DNA from: Epiperipatus broadwayi
Lineage: Eukaryota > Animalia > Onychophora
DNA length: 64,000 nucleotides
Direction of reading: 5' to 3'
Assembly: GCA_028023455.1 (NCBI GenBank)
Contig: JAQFVV010000004.1
Location: forward strand, 25,978,001 to 26,042,000
Below the pieces are notes generated by a model. The model saw only the letters and a program-made list of their open reading frames with translations. It ran no database searches and was not told the origin of the DNA. Both the position numbers and the translations under genes were made by a program. Position 1 is the stretch's first letter. Each line of letters starts with the position of its first letter. Shown here in pieces: positions 12,003 through 25,842 of the stretch.

Positions 12003-13219
12003 TTGACTTTCATCCATTGACTATCAAGTCTTGAAATGAGTGGCATTACTGTATGGAGAGTTTGCTACTATTTTTTATTAATAAATTTATTATAATTAAA
12101 ATCTTCAGTAGCTCCTTTATTGAAATATATCATAAATTTTATCATTACCATATACACTGAAACATTATGGGCACATTAACAATAATTATGTTTATTTATA
12201 ACATACAAGATTAAACTATATTAATTTATTTTTTCATATAAGTTTATGCAATTTTATATATTTTTTTTTAATTTAAAAAAAAAAAAGCTATTTTTTTATT
12301 ATTATTTGAAAATGAAATAGAACAATATATTGTTAAAAGTAATTGGAAACAAGTAATTTGTTCTAATTTAAATACAGATATCTTTGTAAGTTTGTTTTGT
12401 AAATAAAATCAGATTTATTCCCTATAGATAATTATCAGATAGTCTTAATAATGATGAAAAATTTAAAACTACCTAATTATTTATCTTAAAATAAGCAATG
12501 CATTTTCAATTAAATTAGCCCCACGAATACGAAATATAGTGATTTCTAATTTTTCTAGAAAAAGTTCAATTTTTCAATCAGTTAAAATTTAAATTATTTG
12601 TAATCAAATTAATAGGAAATTGGGAGTAAAAATAATAATTTCTCATGTGGACCAAAGCTGAATATAAAAGTTGCAAATTTTCTATAAAATAATTATCATC
12701 TAATTTAAAGGAATAATGCACAAAATTTTATGCATATAATTATCACTTAGTTTGAAATTATTTAACAACTGCAAAGTATTCTATGACTTAACACCTCCAT
12801 TTGCCATTTGCAATCTATTTTTTATTTAGAACATCATTGTTTTCAAATATTCCTCACAAAGAACATTATTTATATTTATACTGTGTTTTTAATATTTTCC
12901 AAAATATTTAAATAAACCATTTTTAAGTTAAAATATTCTGGAAAATCATTCTCATTATAGATTTACTTAATTTTTATTTTAAGGATTTTAAAGTAATCTT
13001 ATTATAAATTTATTACTTTTTTTAAAAAAAAAAAATCTTATTATAGTTAGAGTTGGAATTATTTGTTTTTGCAAAAATATTCTAATAAATATGTTTTTAA
13101 TTTATTGTTCAAAAAATTTATTAATTAAATATTGTTTTATTATCAAATTAAATTTATTATAGCTCTTGGTTCCCTTATTACAAATATTGAAATCATATTT
13201 TGACAAAAACTGATGTTTG

Positions 13220-14770
13220 AAATATCATTATTTTTCAGCCATTATCAATCCATTGCAGAATAAATGTTTCTCCAAGTTTAAACTACTTTCTCAGTTCCTA
13301 ACCTCTCTTCTTCAAAATGCACTGCAAACATTCTTATTTCATTCATACGTCTCACATGTGGTCTCTTTCTAAGTCTTTTATAAACTTTTGGAATATAATA
13401 TAATATTTCAACTGTTGATCTATCATCATTATCTTTTCTAGCAATACATAAATCCATTTGTTTTTATATTCTTTTAATGATATCAGTGACATCTTTTTCA
13501 TCCATATATTTTATTGTGGAATTTCCTTACTAGTTTCAACATATATCTCTCCAATACTTCATTGAGTGATCTTAAGTTTCTGAATTGTTCTTCTTCCAAG
13601 GGTCTAAGTGTTAGATCCATAAAGTAAAATATTTTATTAAAAACTTTCCTTTTCAAACATGTAGATATATTTTCTTTAATATTAAGATATTTTCATGATA
13701 ATGACTCCATCCAAGTTTAATTCTATGATTTATTTCAATCATTATATTTCCATATATATTAATAATCAACCCACACATTTATAGTTGTTGATTTCTTCTA
13801 ATTCATGATAAATACACTTTATTGTCCTCTTCCGGGAAAATCCATTAAACATTATTTTAATCTTTTTAGCATTTATCTTTAGTACTATTTTCTTATTTTC
13901 ATCAAATAACTCTTGCAATATTTCCTGAATCTGAAAAGAATTTAATTACAAAAGTAACCTCGTTATCTGCAAAATCTAGGTAACTTAAATAATTTACATT
14001 TATATTTTGGTTCTTAATTTTATCTTTTAATCTAAAAAATCCTTCTTATGAAGCTGCTAAAAAAGGTTTAGAGATATAATCATATACTCTTTTTAATATT
14101 AATCTTTTTATACCTTCTTAATATTAATCTTTTTAATATCCCACATATGTAATCTAAATGCTGTTGTCACATTTTGCTAAAAGAAATTCAGAATGTGATG
14201 GTAATCTGGATTTATATCTTAATGATCAAATGCTTTAATGTTGTAAAAATGCTTATAAAATCAAATACTTTTTGATAATCTATAAATCCAAAGCATAATG
14301 GCAACTCATTTTGTTTGGCTTTTTTCCATTCTCTCAATATTTAGATATGATCCATAGTGCTAAAACTACTTTTAATTCCAGTTTGATCTTTTGGTTGATT
14401 AAAATCCAAAAATCACTGAAACCAAGCTTAATTATTTTGGTAACAATTTTGTATATAACTGATAATAAATTAATAGATCTGTAATTTCTAACATCTTTAT
14501 CATTTTTGTTAAATTTCCAATATTAACTACTGTATTCTTTCAACCATCTGCTATCTTTTTATCACTGAGACATTTGGTGTATAATTGTGATAAAAGTATC
14601 TTTCATTTAAGATATCAATTATAATTCTATTATGTTCTGCATTTTTTTTCCAGAAGTTTTTCTCTTTTTTTTATAGATTTTTTTGCAAGTTTCATCTTTT
14701 CATTTAAAATTCTTGACAGTAGGAGAAACTTTATTTTTTAATTTTTTATTATTATATAGTTTTCCATTAA
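13220..14770 (-). mobile_element. RTE-clade LINE family A, decayed 5'-truncated copy
   Basis: Reverse complement is colinear with 24330-25840 (RT region, 3' end ...gataatggctga). Confidence 0.75.
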
Positions 14771-17700
14771 AAAATAGTATACCCTTATAACTACACAACA
14801 GAAAAAGACAAAGAAAACACAAAGTTAAACATAAGTTTGCAATGACTATACATACTAATGTGAGAATCACAAATACTATTTGCTAGTCTTGTAGTCTATG
14901 TGTATGATATCTTCCATAATAACCTCAATCTATTCTGCAACAAACAATTCCTTTCTGAAAAAAAAAAAAATTCTGTTAATTAGAGAATCTTCATTGTATT
15001 CTTTCAATAACATCTTCCTAATAGACCATTGAAGATCTTCTTGTAATCATTATACAGTAAACAATATCTGCTTTATATATATAAAATCATTTTATCTGAT
15101 CAAAATAAATGTGTCTCTTGAAAAAAAAAATCGAAAGAGATTGTTTCTGTTTTTTTTGACAGCAATGATTTCTTTATATAGGCTTATAGAAAAATTGTAT
15201 AAAATTCTGGAGAATTTTTTAAAAAGTTTTTAGAAGTTGGATTGTTTTATCAACAAGAAATTTATTTTTTATGTATTCTCATGACCAAACCATCATATAT
15301 TAAATATAATCTCTTTCACAAACTAAAAAGCTTATTTTAATAATTGTTATTATTTTCTCATTATTGTATTATCAAAATACTTTTGAGCATTTTTAATTTT
15401 AAAAAAATTAAGTAATTTTATATTATTGGAAGCCCATGTTTAACTTTCATACAAAGAACTAGCAAAATAACATTCCTATATTCAAAGATTTAAATGGATT
15501 AATTGTATAAGTATTAAATAACAACAATGCACAATATCACATAACTATAATACTAATTGTTACTCATATGCTTTCAAATGCTGTATTTTTTATATTACTT
15601 TAGAGGCATTTACTCAAAGATAATCTTGAATATCACCAGATGATACTATGCTATAATATCCAAATTCCTAGTCATTTTCTGACATCACTGAGGATTGGAA
15701 ATCAAAGCTAGAACTAACGCATATAGGTTATCTTGTATTCATTTATACTATTTAATTTAATAACTTAAAATTAAAAAAAAACATATGCTTTGGAATCCAA
15801 GATAGTTCATTTGCATAATTATATATATAGGAAACTAATTCAGTTTATATGATTAGCATGAATATTATAAAGAACTGAAAGAAATCTGCTAGATACAAAT
15901 CTATATTAGTTTCAACTTTGAATCTAAGAAGGCAAAAGCCAGAAAATAGTTTTCAGATGATGATAATACATTATATTTATCTGGTTTTCATTGATTTTTT
16001 AATCTTATATCAAATAGCTCTAAAATAAAGTGAAGATAATTACTCATGAACTAATTATGTAGTTAATTACTAGTAATAAAATGAATTTTTAATCATATCT
16101 CAATTTGAGATCAAGCTAATATTTGTTTTTATTTTACACATTTGATAATTAATCTAAAAATTTTTACCTCTTATTTCAAATATTTTGTCTTTTTTAAGTT
16201 GTTAAAAAAAATTAGTCATAAATGTCTGACTATGCCTAAATTTGTTTTTGCACTTTTTTAGGTATGAAAAAGACTTAAAACCTATTAAGATATTTAAAAT
16301 AAACTATATTTTCAAGATAAATTAGAAATTAACTATATTTTCAAGATGATAAGTATTCAGTTAAAAATTGCTGAAAGTATTTCTTTCATTACTAGCTAAA
16401 AAAAACCCCACATGGATTTATTGAACATTAATTATTAAACCAAATTCTTTAGTGAGAAACAATAAAAAAAAAAGCATTAACATCTCAATAAATCTACTTC
16501 TACATTAGAAGGTTTTAATAAATTCTTTATTGGTTCCATTGAAAAAAAAAATTAATAGCAATATGAAGATTATTCTTTGAATTGACAAAAGTAATCCTAT
16601 TTTCAGCATATATGTAAAATAAATCAAAACGGTAAAGTTCTTGTTTTTTGATGTTTTAAATAGTTTAAAGTTAAATTCTATCAACATATCAAACATATGC
16701 ATGCCATATTTTGATACTTTCTTCATGAAGTCATCTATAAGCTACTGTCATAAAAATAAAATTGGAGATAATACACATAAACACCCACACACGTGTGTAT
16801 ATATATATAAACCTTTCAACTGCCCACTTCAGAATAAAATATTGCAAAACATTCCTTTATAGAGAAACAGTACATAAGAAGGCAATACTCATATGGCTTT
16901 TTTTTTGTTTGTTTTAGCCTTTAGTTTAAAATAGTTAGATACCCATTTACTGATCAATAATTGAATGACTAACTAGATTTGCTATCTGAAAAAAAAATCA
17001 AGTTTGGAATCTGAATAAAAAATTCCAAATTTATTTGAAATTAAAACAATCTTGCCAACAACCTAATACATCAAAAATTCTTATCATGTTTTTTTTTACA
17101 CTGTTATATGCAATATGCTAATAGTTCATTATAAACAGCCATCATTGTAAGAATTGAGGTTATTATTATTTTAAACGATTAATGGCAAAAATAAATAATA
17201 ATAATAATTTAATTTTTATATTTGTAATTATATTAATTTAAAATGATATTAACAAAATACTCTCTTTTTTGTACCGGCAAGTTCATTTAAGAGAGAAAGA
17301 AAAAAAAAAACATCGACAGTATATTGAGAAAAAATGTCTACTGCTACTTTATACTTTTATTGAAAATATATATCAAAACAAAACAAATAAAAAAAAAAAG
17401 AAATACAGTATTGCAATTCAATAAAACATAATAGTTCCCCTCCCCCTGTATAAAATTATATTAGACTTTTTTTTTTTTATTAAAAAAATTCAATCTCAAT
17501 TTTTTTTACCTACATTCAAGATGAATAAATAGTTTTTATAAAAAATACTTGAACATTTATTGTTAGACCCTCCTCTCTCCCATTTTTTTAAAAATTTCAT
17601 CTTATCTTTTTTTTTTTTGATTCCTAACATAAGTGGTGAGTTGTTCTCTGAATAAAAAAAGAGTTTATATTAAAAAAAAAACTAAAAATCTGTTAGTTCC

Positions 17701-18343
17701 AATCAATTCCTGCCTTTCTAATTTATCAGACGGTAAAAGAGAATTATTTGCACTAAAGACTCAAAACAAATATTCTGACACTCACCTTTTAATGTGGCTG
17801 TAAAAAAAAAAAACTCCTCTTTACTTAAAGGCTTTCCGGAGTAATGGACAGGAACATAAAAGAAAAACAAAGTTTTTAAATTCTTAGACTTTGACCATTA
17901 GAATCGTCATTCTTTTTATGAGGTTAAATGATACATATATTTAGAAGCTCTATTGTTAATAAAAGATCAAAGTGGTCAACCGATAAAGGTACAATATTTT
18001 CATATAATATTACAAAGCAGTTTTTTTCTTTTTAAATTGTAAAAAATCCAAATTAAGAAAGCAACCAAACATGTAAAATTATAAAGTTTTATGAAATAAA
18101 TTAAAATGTACTGCAGATGATGCGAATATGTAGAACCGAAAAGAATGCTTTATAAATCTTCATAATAATATTTATCTAATAATAAAAATAACAAGTAAAA
18201 TTTATAAATATTAATATAAACATATGCTGTAAATTTTTTTTTTATAAAAGCCTTATACAGCTATTTTAAGATAACATACATACTTGATAAATGGTATAAT
18301 TTCCAGAATTCTTTTATTAAAAAACATAATTAATAAAATGTCC

Positions 18344-18474
18344 TACGCGTTTTGGCATAGTTGGTAGGGCATGGCTCAAATCCCTTCTGAACTTCTGAGA
18401 AATAAAACTATTAGCAGTTTTTGTTTGCCCTGCGCAATTTGGCGTAGTTGGTAGAGCATTCATTTGTAAACGAG
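18344..18474 (+). other. Two adjacent tRNA-like fragments (pol III A-box), probably SINE relics
   Basis: TGGCATAGTTGGTAGGGCA at 18353 followed by a B-box-like ggctcaaatccc, and TGGCGTAGTTGGTAGAGCA at 18440. No complete cloverleaf. Confidence 0.45.
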
Positions 18475-18945
18475 TACTGTATAGTTATTTTGACTCAAAA
18501 AAAAAAAAAAAATGAAAGAAAGGAGAAAGTAAAACTTATACAAAGCAATCACTAAACCACAAATATGTCCACATACATGCTGATCCATTTTTGCATTTAT
18601 TTTAAATGTTAGGATGCTTCAGAAGAAAACTTAACTCGGTCTTACATATTAGACTTGCTAATTTTGCGATTTCATTAAATAACATGTACAGGAGAATTTT
18701 TGACAAACTTAAGTGATAAATTTGTCAAGGCAAATCCTGTGTACAAGTTATTTCGACATTTTCACAAGATTTAGAAAGTTATCAGCAGACAGATATGTAT
18801 GTGAAAAGGCTTAACACCAAAGTGATAACATAAACCTGAAAAAGTACATATTTAACAATACAAAAAGGATAACATAGTACAAAAAAATTATAAAAACACA
18901 TTATGATACTAAATAAAAACAGGTATTATGAGTTTTTAAAGTGGT

Positions 18946-19055
18946 ATGGCATTCTGCTATTGCAACCATCATTCCATCCCCAAGTTATGGAATTCTGCTA
19001 TTGCAATTATCACCCCACTCCCACCCCACCCCATCTATGGTAATCTGCTGTCACA
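18946..19055. repeat. Imperfect 3-unit minisatellite (41-50 bp)
   Basis: atgg-attctgct motif at 18946, 18987 and 19037. Confidence 0.55.
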
Positions 19056-19664
19056 AATATGAGCAGTAATTTCCAAATTTTACTTTAAAATGTAAAATCT
19101 GGCAGGATATTACAAAATGGACACTAAAGCAAAATTAAACAAAAATATAAATAGATACTATATAAGCTATATAAAAAAAGTAAAAATAAATTTATTACTA
19201 TATCTATTCATTCAATTAAAATCAAAACATTCCTACCATGATATATAACAGGAATTGTTATGATGAAACAATTGTGTGTCACTCTGCAGAAAGCATCCAA
19301 ACATTACTATTTTATTTTAAATGCATCCTCCTCAGTAGTGGGCACAAAATTGTCAAATTTTAATCACAAAACTTATAAATTCAAAAAAATAAGAAGTATA
19401 TTAACTACAAAATGGATAGTAAAGCAAAGAAAAGAGAAAAAAAAATTTATGTTCATTAACTATGGTAGAAAAATAAAAAATAGAACAAATCAAAAAGAAA
19501 AACCTATGTCTGGTTCAGAATTTTATAAAATGGAGAGTTAAAACATGGGTTTAAGCAATATGATGGCCACACAAGATCTTGATTGAGAAATGTATCTAAC
19601 AACATGTATTTTGTTAAAAAACAAAAAAAGAAATGAGTAAACTTTTCTCAAAGCATAAAAAAAA

Positions 19665-19955
19665 TTAGTAAACTTTTATTAAAACAGAATCAACGAGGTG
19701 GACTGATTTTTTTAATGTCCAGAATGCAAATCAAAGTGTTATCTTCTCTATGCAGACATCAGATTGTAGTTCCTCAGTTTTATACATTTTGCAGAGAGAA
19801 AAAAAGTAAACTTTTATTAAAATGAAATCAATGTGATATAATAATTTTTTAAATATCATCCATAACATAAATGAATGTATCATCTTCTTTATGCAGTCTC
19901 CACTGGCAGATCATAGTTCCTCAGTTTTATATGCTTTACAGAAGAAAAAAAATTG
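19665..19955. repeat. Old imperfect tandem duplication (~135-150 bp)
   Basis: agtaaacttttattaaaa ... atcttct-tatgcag ... tagttcctcagttttata occurs twice in order. Confidence 0.55.
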
Positions 19956-20149
19956 TCAAGTACTCTTCCACATTTTGCTTGATCACTTCCATCAGAGTTG
20001 CTGTTCTACCTGTTTTTATTTAGTATCATAAAGTGTTTTTTATTATTTTTGTCTACAAATTTATCCCTTAAGCTTATCAGAAGTTCCAATGTTCACGTTA
20101 ATTGATGTTAATGGTAAGGTTAGAAATTTATTGGTAAAACATGGACATG

Positions 20150-21620
20150 AAAAGGCATAGCAGGTCTAATATATAAGTACTCTTTTCTCTTTGAATTAAT
20201 TGAATACCATATCTAATTGTAGCTTTCCAATGTATTCTATTTTCTATCATATCTTCACACAGGAAACAATTAATTGCTCTTCTTTAGAATGTTTTTGAGA
20301 TAATTCTTATAACATAGACAGTGTTGAAGTTCACCAGAAAACAACTCTTTAGAAAGTCTTGCAAGTTCAATCATTTACATTCCAACAACAGTATAATTTT
20401 TACATTAGTAAACTCTTAGTATCATGACCAGTAGGCTGAAGAACATGTTGATTGGTTTTACAATCTCACCATTGTATTTTTAAAAATTTTATAGAAGATT
20501 CTGAATGAAACTTTATTATATTTATATTGTGCCAAAACAGACTTCAAGTTTCATTTTTATACAATAAATTAGATAAAATAGCAACTCCACATACAGCTAA
20601 TTTAGTTGCACTAATTATTTTCCTGTGATGTAATACTCTATCTTTTAACTCATTAGAAACAATAGTAAAGTCTGTGTTGTATCTCATTGTCTACCTTATA
20701 AAACAATTAAGTTTTAAACTAGTTTATATTCTCAAGTTTATAACCAATGAAGTTAAAAATTACTGAGGATTTTTCTTCTATCACTGGATGATAGAAAGTA
20801 CTTGAAATTTTCAAAAATTAATTAATAAATGAACATCTTTATATGTTATATTTAAAATATTACAGAAATTTTTTCAACTGCCTTTTGAATTAGCAAAATT
20901 AAAACCATCATTAGCATAATATCATCTAAAATTAAAAAGAAAAAAGTTATTGTTTTCACTTTTGATTCAAATTTAAAAATCCACTATTCAAAGCTATACC
21001 ATATCATAATCCCTGCTATGATACCTGTTTAATGAAACCATCAATAAGAAATTCAAATACCACTGCCATAAAAATTGAAAATAATATTTGATTAAGAAGA
21101 CATCTTTATTTAATACCAGTTTTCATTTTAAATGCCTCCTATTTTCAACTTATAGTATTAACATCCACTTATTTCATAATGTAAAACCTGACTAATGCAA
21201 CTAATTTCAAACAATGTCACAGATTTGTCCTATTAACTGAATCAAATGCCTAGACCAAATCAATAAAATATTGTAAAAATCATTTCTTTGTTCCTAATAT
21301 GTTTTTTTTTTTTGCATTTGCCTAATGATAAAAAAAATCTCTACAGTGCTTCTAGATACTCTAAAATTACATTGAGTTCTCTGGTAACAAAAGCATCTAT
21401 AACTGGAAGCAATATTTGATAAGATTCTTGAAAGTACTTTTGCTGTAATAGAATATAATGACATTTCATAATAACTATTAAAATCTTATCTCATTTCCTT
21501 TATTTTTAAAATTAATAATGCACCAATGCGCTAAAGGTGAAACTATTTCAAATAACAATTTATTTTTAAAAGTTGGTAAATAGCCTTAAAATACATCTCT
21601 ACTGGGAGAAAACTTCTAGA
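20150..21620 (-). mobile_element. RTE-clade LINE family B, decayed RT region
   Basis: Minus-strand relic motifs ITAKVLSRIL, FIDLV.AFDSVNR, TGIK..CLL; 3' part colinear with 47350-47777. Confidence 0.7.
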
Positions 21621-24012
21621 ATAACATATGCATTTAAAAATATAAATATAATAAAATATTAAGTATACATTTGTAAATAAAAATTTGTATTTCCGTATTA
21701 CCTATTTATTAAATAAATGAAATTTCTGCACACATACATCTATATCAGTAAAAAAGTAATAGACTTTAATTATCTCACTTTGGAATCAAGTTCTTTCTAA
21801 CAGTTACCATAGTAAAGAGGAAATTAGTCATATTTGAATAGTTTTATTTTTGTTTACCTACTAAGCAAGAATTGCTAGATATTTTTTTATTTTATATAAT
21901 ACTGAATCCTTAGCTGGATAGTTTAGGGGTTGAATGCTTAAAAGAAAATTATAATTTTGATTAAAATCTGAAAAAAATATATTAAGTTTTACCTTGCTAG
22001 GATTCAAATTCATGTCATAAGTAATGACAAAGGATGAGCTACTATTGCACCACAAAGTCCTCATATATATATATATATATAAGTACAAAATAATATAATT
22101 AAATACAAATAGATTGCTAAATATGAAATATTTATAAAAAATTCTGATGTACAACATTTTCTTATATATAATACTGTACCAGTTCATCCCTACCCTGATA
22201 AGGTGAACAGACGCACATATCTAACATGAAACAAATATGGCGGGATGCCAGGATAGGAAGTAATTTCAAATCTTTTTTATGATCAGTTTGATACAGTTAT
22301 CGGTACATTTATAAAGTATTGACTCTTACATACCTTTGAAAGATTTCTTTAATTTAAATCCTTCGCACCACTCCCAGAAAAAAAAAAAGATTAATTCCCT
22401 CTCCTGAAAGGATAGGTAAGGCCAATAATAACATGAAATAAAATGAATCAAACTAAATCTAATAGAAATAAACACCCGGTGACCAAAGATTTAAATCCTG
22501 ATGAGGGAGTATCCCATATGCCAGCTCATCATTCTCTTTATCTCAGGTAAAGAAATGGGAAACTAAAACTTGTGCAATTATCTAAGTGTCTTATTATGTT
22601 AGAGAAAGAAATATGAGTAAATTCTCAAAGCAGTAAAGTAGTTTTATAAATATTAACTAAATGATTATTGAATTCCTTCACCAATTCCCAAGATAAATAT
22701 AATAATAACAAACCCCAATGCATAATAAATAATATAATATATATATATGAGAGTATTATAGATATATTAACAAAGAAAGAGAATGTAAAATTATAAAGAA
22801 TCGACTAGTGAGAAAGTGGTCTGAGGTTCATACACTCGCACACGAATACGTTTTACAAATACTAATTATTACATTAAATAAGTGCGATATTTTATGCAAA
22901 GAGATATAAATGAAAAGTATGTGACACATAATGATAAATATGTAATTAATAAAATAGAGTGTACCATGTAAAGTCTTTTTTGTACTTCTCTGGGCTGTAA
23001 GTAGGCTATTCATGTGTTCATCCAGGATGGCGAGTACTTCTCTTAAACATGGCATAACATAGCAGCTTTCAGCTTCCTTGGATAGCTGGATTCAGGAGAC
23101 CTTTCTGGTACTGCTCCACAGCTCTCATGATCATTTGATGACTGGATTCAGGAGACCTTGCTGATGACAGGAGCAGAGCTGGGTGGGTGCGCTGACTGGG
23201 GGTTCCTACCCCATGATCATTTCACTAAGGTGAGTACATTTGTGCTTGAGGTTTAATTATAAATTTCTTCTTTGGTTAGTGATTATCAACTAACAGTAGG
23301 GCTTTCTTTTCATTTTATACAGCACTGGTAATAATTTTTTTACTTTGGGTTTCAAATACCAACACCTTCCTGCAAACACAGTTCTCTACCACACTAATAC
23401 AAATTATCTAATTGGAAACCATCTTGAAGTTTATATCGGTATGATTTAAAAAAAAAAAATAGAACTGGGAATTCTCTAAGTTCAAACAAGCAAGTTAAGA
23501 TAAATCAAAAAAAGTTAGCATGAGTGAGTCAGTGCTTGACTTAGTGACTGATTGACTTAATGACTGCTTGTCCCCGATTGAATGCCTGTGCCCAATTGAA
23601 TTCCACTAACTTGGTGAACAGCATTTAGCCCTCCTCATTAGAATCTCAATCTAGTTACCCTTCTGAAACACAATTAATTAATTTTGTCTTTTGTTAGTGC
23701 ATTCATACAATGCACGAAGCATTCCTATGAAATCAACTAATTAATCTCAAGAATTTATTTATTTTTAATTCAATGGATTACCTACTCTGATTCAACATAC
23801 ACACAAAAAAAGAAAAAGTTTGATTATATAAGTTATTTTATGATAATCAGATTCCATTTAAAAAATTTTTTAAATTAAATTAGATATTTTTCCTCGCCCA
23901 CATTAACATAAATTTTAAGGAACTCTTTTGTTGAGGTGAAACATTTGATAATAAAACAAAAAGAAGAAACAAAATTACTTATCTATTAAAATGTACTTGC
24001 CTTTGGCCTTTC

Positions 24013-25842
24013 TTAAATTTGGAACAATGGGTTTGTAGAGAAAAGAAGGAATATGAAGATATACAAAAATGATGCATTAAAAAGAATTGAATATCTCAAA
24101 TGTTGTAAAATGGTGCGGAAAAGAGTTGAAAATGATATAAGAAAGTATAACTGTGAACTAGCAAGGAAAGCTGTAGAAGAAAATAAAAGTCTTAAGAATG
24201 TAAAACAACATTTTGGTATTGGTAGGAAATTTATATCTGCAATAAGAAAAAAAGATGGAATTATTACTAAAAGGAGAAATGACATCATGAAATTGGTAGA
24301 AGATTTTTATCAAGAATTATATAGTAATAAAGAACAAGTACCTCCTATATCTATTACATCTTCCAAATTGCCCAGAATTTTAAATGAAGAAGTGAGACAT
24401 GCAATTAAATGTATGAAGAAAGGAAAGGCTCCAGGTAATGATGGAATTATAATTGATATATTAAAAGAAGCAGATGAAGAAATAGAAATTTTTTTTAGCA
24501 AAGTTATATACCAAATGTCTAAATGATAAAGATATACCGGATGATTGGAAGAATGCAGTAATAATATTAATATTTAAAAAAGATAAAGAAGATATTAGAA
24601 ATTACAGACCTATCAGCCTTTTATCAGTTTTATATAAAAATTTTACCAAGATAATTACTACTCGTCTACAGAGAACATTGTATTTCCACCAACCAAGAGA
24701 ACAAGCCAGATTTAAAAGTGGTTTTAGTACAGTAGATCATATCCAGGTATTGAGAGAAGTTATAGAAAGGACAAATGAATATGAGTTGCCATTATACTTA
24801 GGATTTGTAGATTATGAAAAGGCATTTGATTCTATAAACATTTCTTCAGTGATTAAAGCATTAGATCATCAAGGTATAGATCCAGGATATTGTCATATTT
24901 TAAAGAATATTTATAAAAATGCAACAGCAACAATTAGATTACATAATGACACTGGGAAAGTCAACATTGAGAAAGGTGTAAGACAAGGTGACTCCATATC
25001 TCCAAAACTTTTTACAGCAGTGCTGCATGAAGTATTTTGTGGATTAAAATGGGAAACTAAAGGAGTGAAAGTAAATGGTGATTATTTAAGTCATTTAGAT
25101 TTCGCAGATGATGTAGTTGTTTTTGCAAATAATGCTTCAGATCTGCAGGAAATGTTGCAGGAATTATCAGATGAAAGTAGGAAAGTAGGACTAAAGATAA
25201 TGTTAAAAAGACTAAAGTAATGTTTAATCGATTTGCTCAAAATATGAAAATAAAGATTGATTATGATGAATTAGAAGAAGTTAACAGTTACAAATACCTT
25301 GATCAGATTATTAATACTGATGGAAACATAATGGAGGAAATTAATCATAGAATTAAACTTGGTTGGAGTGTTTTTGGTAGAAATAACTTGATACTAAAAG
25401 GAAATATGCCTATGTGTTTGAAAAGGAAGGTTTTTAACAAATGTGTTTTACAAGTTCTTACTTATGGATCTGAGACTTGGACAATTAATAGAAGAGCAAT
25501 TCAGAGACTTCAGACCACTCAAAGAAGTATGGAGAGAAGTATGTTGGGAGTAACAAGAAGAGATCGTAAATGCAATGTATGGGTAAGAGAACAAACAGGT
25601 GTTACTGACCTCATTGAAAAAATTAAAAGATTGAAGTGGAGTTGGGCTGGACATATTGTTAGAAGAGATGACAATAGATGGACAATTAAAATCTTAAACT
25701 GGATTCCAAGAGATTATAAAAGACCCAGAAAGAGACCATATGTGAGATGGATGGATGAAATAAGAAAGTGTGCAGGGGTGATGTGGAGAAGAGAAACTAA
25801 AGATCGGAGAAGATGGATTAAACTTGGAGAGATGATGATGAT
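24013..25842 (+). mobile_element. RTE-clade LINE family A, 5'-truncated, best preserved copy
   Basis: ORFs 24053..24526, 24678..25220 (QARFKSGFSTVDHI, DYEKAFDSI, RQGDSISPKLF, FADD) and 25220..25906 (LKWSWAGHIVRRDDNRWT); (GAT)4 tail at 25831-25842. Confidence 0.92.

Larger units (their letters stand above)
10560..12070. mobile_element. Retrozyme-like family C cluster: one minus arm (~10560-10980) head-to-head with two tandem plus units (10981-12070)
   Basis: ctggagagttgcattag recurs at 11198 and 11772 (574 bp; 454 bp after removing a 120-bp insert+TSD). 10640-10980 is the reverse complement of the same unit. HHR motifs at 10637-10678 (-), ~11252-11297 (+, decayed) and 11826-11868 (+). Confidence 0.8.

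Noticed and set aside
15688-15712. CTGAGGA followed by a TTG/CAA stem as a hammerhead
   Set aside because: No GAAA at the required position and no stem I or III.
16505-16862. Short ORFs in AT-rich spacer DNA (also 10169, 19260, 21861, 22828, 27070, 28493, 32933, 45523, 46958, 54426)
   Set aside because: Composition-driven I/K/F/Y-rich frames with no domain or splice support.
22498-22520. CTGATGA + GGGA/TCCC hairpin as a hammerhead
   Set aside because: Followed by ATATG rather than GAAA; no stem III, cleavage triplet or stem I.
23040-23240. GC-richer block with AAG/GTGAGT donor and a 17-bp direct repeat as an exon
   Set aside because: No long open frame or clear acceptor; could be an LTR fragment but not supportable.
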